Source: a virus
Lineage: Duplodnaviria; Caudoviricetes
Length of the DNA: 31,649 nucleotides
Direction: 5' to 3' (one strand)
Virus record (IMG/VR): IMGVR_UViG_3300037465_000370
Span: 1-31,649 of that record
The notes under the pieces were generated by a model, which saw only the letters and a list, made by a program, of their open reading frames with translations, was not told the origin of the DNA and searched no databases. Made by a program: the position numbers and the translations under genes. This document shows positions 8,909-16,083 of this stretch, one piece after another. Position 1 is the stretch's first letter; each line of letters begins with the position of its first letter.

Positions 8909-10779
8909 TGCGCCTGTAATAATAGTGCCTGAGAATCCATATCGCCACCAGCAGCTGCTTGCTGCAACTGTTCCTGTAACAACTTCAACGCCTCTGGGTT
9001 CATTTGTTGTTGTGCGAACATCGGATTTGTTTGCTCAATTGTGCGGAGGATCAAATCCGCCTTCGGGTGCGAACTTAGGAGTAGGAACTGTTTGAATGTC
9101 AGCCGCCCGCTTACGAGCCACTGCTGCATCTCTCCCTCGTAAGCAAGCCTGTCTGCCGGCGTGTCGGGCGAGTCTGAAATCACTACGTCGTACTCAAGTT
9201 GTCTCACCCTCTCAGGATCGTAAAGGATAAAGTTCTCTCCTGTAACGCGCCTTGTTTCAGTAGGGATGTAATGTTCATTGTTAGTGTATTGAGCGGCAAC
9301 CTGCACCACCTTCATATCACGCTCTTTGCGTGTGGCGTAGAAACTCTCAAAATAATCCAAATTTGTTACCTTCCCCTGGGTGATCCGGTCGCGGTAAAGC
9401 GTAGCGGGTGTCCCGCTCTTCGGCTCAAATCCAAGACCTGAATCGTCAACCCCACGCGTCTCTTTGGTCTGCTGCTTCAACATTGCGAGCCAATTGAAAA
9501 TCCCAGCCGGGATTGATGCGGTTTGAATCGGCTCAGGAGCTTGCTTGCCAGGCTTGGACTTGTAAAAAATCACCCCGCCAACCTTCGTCATCTGTTGAGC
9601 AAACTCCCATTGCGTCATACCCTCCGGGACAGCATCCTCCGGTACCATGTATGTCCCCTTCACACCCTGCATGAACATAGCGTCAATCATGGTACTCAAC
9701 CGATTCGTCATGCGTTGGGGATCAATCTGATCCTCAACCCATCCCCAAATTTCACCGTCGAACATGGTTGCGAACCCCATTGTCGCTGGGTGCTCTTCGT
9801 GCCAAAAGGGTGTTGTCCCCTTGGCAAGAACGTGTCCGTAGGGACTCAAAAAATAATACCGCCATACTGGTAGGTACTCTTTATCAAGGAAAACAAACCC
9901 AGGGTTCATCTTCCCCTGCTCAAGCGATTCAAGAAGCCGTTGTGCATTCAGCACAGCAATATCATTCGTCGAAACATCCTGTCGCGTGATTGTGTCGTTC
10001 TCCGTATCATAGGCGTACACCCGCCATGCGTACTCCTTTTGCCACAGCTCGATGACGCGGCAGCGGGAGGTATCCGAACTCATGTAAAAATCCATTGAGT
10101 CCGCCGCATGGAACCCTGTCAAGGGGATCGCCATAGGGTTCCAGTGGGCGTAGATTGAACGCAGGTACTTCTCGTCGTTGACATCTTGAGCAAACAAAGA
10201 AACAGCCTCATCAATACTCAGGTCGTGGATTTGACCCCACATATTCATATCGAAACAACGAACATCCCTCATCTCAGGATTGAAGAACACACGGTTTGGG
10301 TCAATGGGGTCAATACGGACATCAGGCCGGTTTGTTTTTGGGTGCATCTTCACATGACGCGTGTACCAGCCGTACATGCCGCCGACGAGTGCTTCTGTCC
10401 AGCACGCTATGTCAACATCCTTTATGCGGTTGATTTCGTGGACGACTCTCAGCCTGACGCTCATCATCTCACTTGCATCGTTATCCTTACGGTCAACCGC
10501 GTACACACTCTGTGAGATTTTATTCTGCCTGAACTGCCCCTGCATGTTCCGTAATCCAGCCCCAATATCATTCATTCTGACTGGATTCAGGCCTTGTTCT
10601 CTGATGTAGTCTTCTTCGTTGACCAGTATCTTGAGTTCAGGGTGGATGATTTTTTCTTTCGGACGCCCACGATAGTAATTGCGGGAGCGGGCACGGCGGG
10701 CGCGGAAATCACGCTGCGCTTCCCACGCTATCCGCGCCCGCTCAAGCAAATGTGGTAAAATGAGACCTTGCTGTATCAT
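8905..10779 (-). CDS. Portal protein (P22-like)
   Basis: 624 aa. NYYRG, MNDI, IDPNRVFFNP, VIELW, G.V...IDPQR..N, GV.D..LG and a Gln-rich C-terminal barrel; lies between TerL and scaffold. Confidence 0.88.
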   Translation of the reverse strand: MIQQGLILPHLLERARIAWEAQRDFRARRARSRNYYRGRPKEKIIHPELKILVNEEDYIREQGLNPVRMNDIGAGLRNMQGQFRQNKISQSVYAVDRKDNDASEMMSVRLRVVHEINRIKDVDIACWTEALVGGMYGWYTRHVKMHPKTNRPDVRIDPIDPNRVFFNPEMRDVRCFDMNMWGQIHDLSIDEAVSLFAQDVNDEKYLRSIYAHWNPMAIPLTGFHAADSMDFYMSSDTSRCRVIELWQKEYAWRVYAYDTENDTITRQDVSTNDIAVLNAQRLLESLEQGKMNPGFVFLDKEYLPVWRYYFLSPYGHVLAKGTTPFWHEEHPATMGFATMFDGEIWGWVEDQIDPQRMTNRLSTMIDAMFMQGVKGTYMVPEDAVPEGMTQWEFAQQMTKVGGVIFYKSKPGKQAPEPIQTASIPAGIFNWLAMLKQQTKETRGVDDSGLGFEPKSGTPATLYRDRITQGKVTNLDYFESFYATRKERDMKVVQVAAQYTNNEHYIPTETRRVTGENFILYDPERVRQLEYDVVISDSPDTPADRLAYEGEMQQWLVSGRLTFKQFLLLSSHPKADLILRTIEQTNPMFAQQQMNPEALKLLQEQLQQAAAGGDMDSQALLLQAQ

Positions 10780-10800
10780 CCGAAAAGAGAGACAGTGGCT

Positions 10801-11283
10801 CTAATTTCTGTACTTCTTGACGAACACCTTATAGGTGTAGGTTGTCGTTTTACCAAGAGGACTAACTTTCGTAGGGGCATCGTGGTTGCCTGAGTACCCA
10901 TGATACAGTTTTAATGCCACGTGCCCGCCCCACGTCACAGTTGATCCGAGCCTGATCCGAGTTACTGTGGGGATATTGGAGTTGTAGCTTGTGGCTGGCA
11001 AGCTCCCCGCAAGAATCGTTGCGGTCGGGACAATACCGTTGACCTGCGTGTCTATTGTTTTAAGCACCTGAATCGAATCAACGTCAATCGTATCAGAGTT
11101 GGCGATGATGATGTCAATGCTATCAGCGTCAAAAACGTGGAACGCCTGCGACGTCACGCGCGCCGAGTCGCGGTACTGAAAATCATCGGATGAGCCAAAT
11201 TTCAGTTGGATGAGCTGGTTCTGCCCAAAAGACGGGCTTGCTGCAAGAAGCAGCGCGAAAAAAAGACCGCGTGTAAACAACAT
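10801..11283 (-). CDS. Signal-peptide-bearing beta-rich protein
   Basis: 160 aa, MLFTRGLFFALLLAASPSFG|Q; strong AAAAAAAAGGAG RBS. Confidence 0.75.
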   Translation of the reverse strand: MLFTRGLFFALLLAASPSFGQNQLIQLKFGSSDDFQYRDSARVTSQAFHVFDADSIDIIIANSDTIDVDSIQVLKTIDTQVNGIVPTATILAGSLPATSYNSNIPTVTRIRLGSTVTWGGHVALKLYHGYSGNHDAPTKVSPLGKTTTYTYKVFVKKYRN

Positions 11284-11317
11284 GTCGCTCCTTTTTTTTG
11301 TTGATGTTTGTGTTTGG

Positions 11318-11545
11318 TTAGTTTGGGAAAATCAAGTGTGTAATCCCCGATGCAGAAATGATTACCTCAAATGCTGTCTGCGTGGATACTGCCTTTGGGG
11401 CAATGCGTGTAATGTCCTGCAATGGTGTTTCAAGAACGAGACGATCAGCAGACTCTAAGCGCTTCATAGCAAGAAACACCTCTTCAACAACGCCCTTGTC
11501 GCATAATGACTCGATTGCCCTCAGTTTCTCAGGAGTGTTTTTCAT
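11318..11545 (-). CDS. Hypothetical protein
   Basis: 75 aa filling the gap between the STAS-like gene and the secreted protein. Confidence 0.6.
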   Translation of the reverse strand: MKNTPEKLRAIESLCDKGVVEEVFLAMKRLESADRLVLETPLQDITRIAPKAVSTQTAFEVIISASGITHLIFPN

Positions 11546-11557
11546 TCTTCGCCCCCG

Positions 11558-11854
11558 CTATTTTAGCTGTGCATTGGCAACAGCAAGTTGCACCTCGTCA
11601 ATATCGGCTTCGTCAAGACCTTTGAACCTGATGAGTTCATTGAACGTTCGCGCGTCCAGCGAAAGATCAACAGTCACGCGTCCGAACGCATGGTTGAGAA
11701 ACGCGCTCGATATAAACTCATAACTCGAGAAGTCCACTTCCACAAACTGCCCCGCCTGTAATACGCGCTTCAGTTCATTCGCAAGCTGATCTCCTTTTTC
11801 GGATGCCAACAGACAAGGGTTGCCGATAAGCTCAACGACACAGATCTTCGTCAT
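11558..11854 (-). CDS. STAS-like domain protein (DUF4325-like)
   Basis: 98 aa. GDQLANEL...VEVDFSSYEFISSAFLNHAFG matches the DUF4325 pattern V.[VL]DF.....ISS.FLN.AFG. Confidence 0.75.
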   Translation of the reverse strand: MTKICVVELIGNPCLLASEKGDQLANELKRVLQAGQFVEVDFSSYEFISSAFLNHAFGRVTVDLSLDARTFNELIRFKGLDEADIDEVQLAVANAQLK

Positions 11855-12270
11855 GATCCGTCACCTTTCAATTGGTAGCCATCGCCAACCTCAACGAGTG
11901 TTGTTTTTGGCTGCCCGTCTAAGGTAATGAGAGAACTCTCAAACACATGGAATCTTTGGCGCAGCAGTACGTTAAACCGTATTCCAGCATACGTCCCAAG
12001 GTGGTATTTTTCGCCAATCACAAACTCGGCTTGCTCCTTCTCTCTCCCCGCTATGATCTCAAGGAGCGCCTTTTCAACGCAATCGCATGGGATGCGCCGT
12101 CGCATAGCCTCGCTGTAACCAACATTCCCTTGTCCAAAGCATCGCCTGCACGTATTCACACGCTTCATGAAATAGGATGCCTCTCGATCCGTCATGCCCG
12201 CAGCAACGTGCTCATAATTGGATAGTCTCCCACAACCCAATTCGCCGGCTATGTTTAACGTCGTATCCAC
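11851..12270 (-). CDS. Zn-finger protein (CxxCxGxG...CxC)
   Basis: 139 aa, CRRCFGQG...IPCDCV; ATGA-coupled to the STAS-like gene; exact start uncertain. Confidence 0.6.
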   Translation of the reverse strand: MDTTLNIAGELGCGRLSNYEHVAAGMTDREASYFMKRVNTCRRCFGQGNVGYSEAMRRRIPCDCVEKALLEIIAGREKEQAEFVIGEKYHLGTYAGIRFNVLLRQRFHVFESSLITLDGQPKTTLVEVGDGYQLKGDGS

Positions 12271-12282
12271 GTTTTTGCTTGA

Positions 12283-12311
12283 AAGCTACAATATGAGGCT
12301 GTGTAAGTCAA
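12283..12311 (-). promoter_or_regulatory. sigma70-type promoter between TerL and the inserted gene cluster
   Basis: TTGACT-17 nt-TAGCTT with a TG directly upstream of the -10 and an A-tract upstream of the -35. Confidence 0.6.
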
Positions 12312-12321
12312 GATGTTTTTT

Positions 12322-12339
12322 GCACCACACATGTGGTGC
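12322..12339. promoter_or_regulatory. Perfect inverted repeat, operator-like
   Basis: GCACCACA-CA-TGTGGTGC, 10 nt upstream of the -35. No U-tract follows it on either strand. Confidence 0.45.
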
Positions 12340-12351
12340 GGGAGTGGGGGT

Positions 12352-14442
12352 TTAGAACTGAGCATACCCACCAAGCCTCTTTTTTGGCAATAATTTCACT
12401 TCGTCGCTCAAACGATACTCCACAACCGCATCCATCTGCTTTGCGAGCCAAAGCGCTCCAGCCCGCGATATGACGTAATCGTCATGTTTCCCCTCTGGCG
12501 ACCCAGTCCGCCCACCGGGCTTCAATTCAAACATGTCCATTTCGTCGAGCGCCTCACTGTTATATTCCTCATAGCCTCCATCTCGGATCGCCGCATTCAA
12601 TGTCGTTATGATGATGTCCTTCGTTGATTCGTTTGTGTGGAAACCGAGTACACCATCAACCCGATCCCCGTCAATTCGTTCTGGCTTTACCCGATAGAAA
12701 AGGTTGTCGTAATGATCCTTGATCTCATCGAGGACCGTAAAGCTATGGTCGCTTTCATACCCACGCAGCGAATCTCCAAGAGACTTGCGCTTGAGGGAGT
12801 TCACTTCAACCGCGAGCAGCGCGTTCCCATACCACGCACACATGCGAACAGCATACCACGCGATGATGTCCTGGTCAAGATGCAGACGAAATTCCGCAGC
12901 CACTCTTGGTGTGCCGCCGAATAGTGTGTACACGCGATCTATAACCGTCAGTACCGACCAGTCGGAACGCTCTGTTTTCCCACCAATATCCAAAAAAGCA
13001 CAATATCGGTTCGTGTAAGCATACCCGCTCCTCCCAGCCACTGGTTCATGTGGCGGGATCCATATTTTTACCTGCCCGTTCGGGTGCCCTTCCATTGCCG
13101 GGTTGTCTTGGAATCGGATATTCTTCAGCGCATCCTGCCCCGTAAGAGCATCTGATATGAGTTGCCCTATGTGCAGAGGACGTTTACACCCCTCGCGCAT
13201 CACTTGTATTGCCTCATGAACGAATATCCTCTGCCCTGCGTTTGCAAACGCCTCGTCCGCTGTGATCGGGAACTCGCATTTCATCTGCCAAGCATAAGGT
13301 ATGCCCTTCAACTTCTCTCGATACCATGCTATATGCTCAATAGTTGCTCCCTGCAACCACTGCCATTTCTCGTAATCGTTCCACGTACTGATAAACTCAG
13401 AAGGAGAACTGACTGGAATGGTGTATTGAATGTCCTCATGGAACCCGACAAACACTGGAATATCACTACTCCCCTTCTTCGCTGCTTTCTCCCACGCATC
13501 CGCAAAGTATGAACCAATTGTTTTTGCCGTTGACTCTTTCACACACACCGTCATTGGTTGCTCGACGAGAGACCCGACAAGCGATTGTATAAGCTGCTGA
13601 GGGTTCGTTTTCTCGGTTGCAGTGTAACTGCTGAGTTCCGACAAGTGCAACAGGTGTAGCGTAAATGAACGCTGCGAGTCCGGTTCATCCGCGCACCCAA
13701 CGGCGATAATGTTCCCCCGCCCATCGAGCACGCGAGCATTTTGTGTACGTTCGTATGGTTTTAGGTGCACGCCACCCTCAGCCCCATGAACAAGGAACTG
13801 TGGGTGATGTTCAGCCATAAGGTTGTACATACCGCGAATACGCTGCGCCGCATCTTTCCGATGCGCAACGATGATCGAGTGCCAATGCGTTTTCCAGAAG
13901 AGTTGCACCCACGCAAAGAACATTTGCGTCAGGGTCGAGCCGCCCCACTGCCGGCTCTTAAGGAGAATCACGCGCACTGGGGCCCCCGCAAAGAACATCT
14001 CCATAAGAACCTTCATGTACTTTCTCTGCTGAGGATTCAACACGAATGGTTGGATTGGCGACTCTTGCTTCCCATGTAAGTCAAACTGCCTACCCACTCT
14101 CGTCTGGTAGTCGAAGCGTATCTCGATTTTGACGCATGTTGCACACCAGTTTTCAAAGTCGTATTTGCATCTGGCCTTGTGGAAATCCCACAGCGCTCGT
14201 TCGTATGGAATACCGGACGCTATCGCCGCTCGCTCCAAACTCCCAAAATGCTGGATTGCCCGCACTTCTGCCAGCCCCATCATCTGCTCTGGGATAAATA
14301 TCTCGATATTGTCTTTGAGGAGTAACGGCTCCCGTTTAAGCGGGCTACCGATCCCAAGTAGTGGGTCGTATGGAATGGTGAGTTTTGCCCACCGCCGCTT
14401 GTTTTCTTCGATGATTTGAGTTGTCGCAGGCGAATCAATCAT
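12352..14442 (-). CDS. terL: Terminase large subunit
   Basis: 696 aa. Walker A LKSRQWGGST, Walker B LLHLSE, coupling motif ESTA, RNase H-like nuclease FLDIGG...SDWS...HDDYVIS. Confidence 0.93.
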   Translation of the reverse strand: MIDSPATTQIIEENKRRWAKLTIPYDPLLGIGSPLKREPLLLKDNIEIFIPEQMMGLAEVRAIQHFGSLERAAIASGIPYERALWDFHKARCKYDFENWCATCVKIEIRFDYQTRVGRQFDLHGKQESPIQPFVLNPQQRKYMKVLMEMFFAGAPVRVILLKSRQWGGSTLTQMFFAWVQLFWKTHWHSIIVAHRKDAAQRIRGMYNLMAEHHPQFLVHGAEGGVHLKPYERTQNARVLDGRGNIIAVGCADEPDSQRSFTLHLLHLSELSSYTATEKTNPQQLIQSLVGSLVEQPMTVCVKESTAKTIGSYFADAWEKAAKKGSSDIPVFVGFHEDIQYTIPVSSPSEFISTWNDYEKWQWLQGATIEHIAWYREKLKGIPYAWQMKCEFPITADEAFANAGQRIFVHEAIQVMREGCKRPLHIGQLISDALTGQDALKNIRFQDNPAMEGHPNGQVKIWIPPHEPVAGRSGYAYTNRYCAFLDIGGKTERSDWSVLTVIDRVYTLFGGTPRVAAEFRLHLDQDIIAWYAVRMCAWYGNALLAVEVNSLKRKSLGDSLRGYESDHSFTVLDEIKDHYDNLFYRVKPERIDGDRVDGVLGFHTNESTKDIIITTLNAAIRDGGYEEYNSEALDEMDMFELKPGGRTGSPEGKHDDYVISRAGALWLAKQMDAVVEYRLSDEVKLLPKKRLGGYAQF

Positions 14443-15083
14443 CCACCCTTTGCCTTCACTGCCGCCTCATACTTGGCTGCAATAGCCTGCATTGGAGTAA
14501 GCTCCCCTTCCTTGTTGTTAATCCTGTCAATGGGGCTTCCGTCTGTGTAGAACCCGTGAGCCTTCATCAGCATCTCATAAAGCCTCTCCCGGTCAACAAA
14601 GTTGACCGTTATTCTCCCCTCCTGTTTTTCCGAATAAGACCGGATGTACTTCAAAAGCCCATTTTTCGCAGCCTCAACCAAGCTGAACGATGCGGAGACA
14701 ACCTCGCCATTATTGTCACGCTCAACAGCGAATGCCCCTTCAGGGTTGAATCGTGCCATCTCACTAACGTGGGCGAGAGTTTCTGTTGCGCTCATCCCGC
14801 GTTCAGCGAACAAAAATTCAATGTATTCCCGAACATTCGGACTGCGGAGGATTTTCCCGCCGTAGGTTGCCATACTGCCCGGCTTCGCCTTCTCCTCCAT
14901 CCCAAGTGCCCGTATAGCACGCTTGTAGGCCTGTACGACGTTGAAGTCCTTAATGTACTCGATTGCAAGCGTATATTCAAACAGAGATAAACCGAACTGC
15001 TTCAGATCATTCTTAATCTGCTGCTGAGACTCGGATAGAGTTCGCATCTCCGAGTGTTCCTGTTTTACCTTACCCTTACCCAT
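14439..15083 (-). CDS. terS: Terminase small subunit
   Basis: EYIKDFNVVQAYKRA...GGKILRSPNVREYI HTH typical of TerS. Start re-assigned to ATG 15083 (GAGGAGG SD), giving 214 aa. ATGA-coupled to terL. Confidence 0.85.
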   Translation of the reverse strand: MGKGKVKQEHSEMRTLSESQQQIKNDLKQFGLSLFEYTLAIEYIKDFNVVQAYKRAIRALGMEEKAKPGSMATYGGKILRSPNVREYIEFLFAERGMSATETLAHVSEMARFNPEGAFAVERDNNGEVVSASFSLVEAAKNGLLKYIRSYSEKQEGRITVNFVDRERLYEMLMKAHGFYTDGSPIDRINNKEGELTPMQAIAAKYEAAVKAKGG

Positions 15084-15139
15084 TTTTTTCCTCCTCGCAT
15101 AAAGCGCACGGATTCCACCGCGCAAAGCGCGGGTTTTCA

Positions 15140-15346
15140 TCAGTTTAGAAACATCTGATAAACACAAAACTCCCCAAGCGCAACGCAAGAAAACCCACTG
15201 CTTGATGGTGAAGCCGCAAGCGGGCGAATCTCTAATGCGCTCAGCACCGCAATCTCATACATTTTCGATACGGGGAACACTTTCTCAGAATAGCACCTCA
15301 CGCCATATGCCGTGCATTTGCGGCTTGCATACACCCGCTCAATCAT
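15140..15346 (-). CDS. Hypothetical protein
   Basis: 68 aa; ATGA overlap with the upstream gene and GGGGTG SD; C-terminus not very protein-like. Confidence 0.4.
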   Translation of the reverse strand: MIERVYASRKCTAYGVRCYSEKVFPVSKMYEIAVLSALEIRPLAASPSSSGFSCVALGEFCVYQMFLN

Positions 15347-15528
15347 TTCTCACCCCGCGTAGAAAAGCGAAGCGTACACAGTGTATCTCGTATCTCATCC
15401 AGCTCTTTCCTTGACGGGCAATGATACGCCTGCCCATCAATGGAAATCTCTAACGATCCAATGACCCCTGGGTACCACCGCCAATAGTAGCCCAGAAGCT
15501 GTCGTGTTGTCGGTTCGAGATTTTTCAC
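15343..15528 (-). CDS. Hypothetical protein
   Basis: Start re-assigned to GTG 15528 (GTGA overlap, CAGGAG SD): MKNLEPTTRQLLGYYWRW..., 61 aa. Confidence 0.55.
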   Translation of the reverse strand: MKNLEPTTRQLLGYYWRWYPGVIGSLEISIDGQAYHCPSRKELDEIRDTLCTLRFSTRGEK

Positions 15529-15710
15529 GCGTTCTCCTGTGGAGCCACAAAATATTCTTCGTAAAACTTGCGCGCTACAGTATGGAAATACAGATCGCTC
15601 GCGCCGAGCACTCCAATCACGCAATAGCCATTATACTCCAATGTATTGTTTTTGGTCACAAACCACAGTCTTGATTTCTCAATATGGGTTTTATTTTGTT
15701 TATCAGCCAT
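15525..15710 (-). CDS. Hypothetical protein
   Basis: Start re-assigned to ATG 15710 (MADKQNKTHIEK..., 61 aa; GGAG upstream), overlapping the previous stop. Confidence 0.55.
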   Translation of the reverse strand: MADKQNKTHIEKSRLWFVTKNNTLEYNGYCVIGVLGASDLYFHTVARKFYEEYFVAPQENA

Positions 15711-16083
15711 TCGGACTCCATAGTGTTGGTGTGGCAAGCGGGCATACCCCGGCGCCAAAGACTACGAGGTACTGCCTCTTCGTCTCACCATCATGTAACG
15801 TAGTAATCTCCGTATTGATTCCCTTACCAACGTACCTCTGGCGATTTTTGACCGTGAACCTATTTCTATCGGTAGGCGCTGGGTCTGCCGCCTCATAGGT
15901 TGACATGAACTCCTCACATGCCTTTGCCGGTAAAAGCACTTCCCCGCGATCCAATCTTGCCTGAAACTGCACGACGCTTGATAACAATGAAAAAGCCCTC
16001 TCCTCCAGCACCGTCATCAGACTTTTCGCCGTGTACCATTCTCCGTCTTTAGTCTCAACGTAAACAGCCCCGTCTATTCTCAC
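15703..16083 (-). CDS. Hypothetical protein
   Basis: 126 aa; GTGA overlap with the giant gene stop; GAGGT SD. Confidence 0.6.
   Translation of the reverse strand: MRIDGAVYVETKDGEWYTAKSLMTVLEERAFSLLSSVVQFQARLDRGEVLLPAKACEEFMSTYEAADPAPTDRNRFTVKNRQRYVGKGINTEITTLHDGETKRQYLVVFGAGVCPLATPTLWSPNG

Noticed and set aside
12312-12340. Rho-independent terminator after terL
   Set aside because: On the coding strand the inverted repeat is followed by an A-run, not a U-run, and the loop is only 2 nt.
14421-14990. 189-aa plus-strand ORF
   Set aside because: Antisense shadow of terS.
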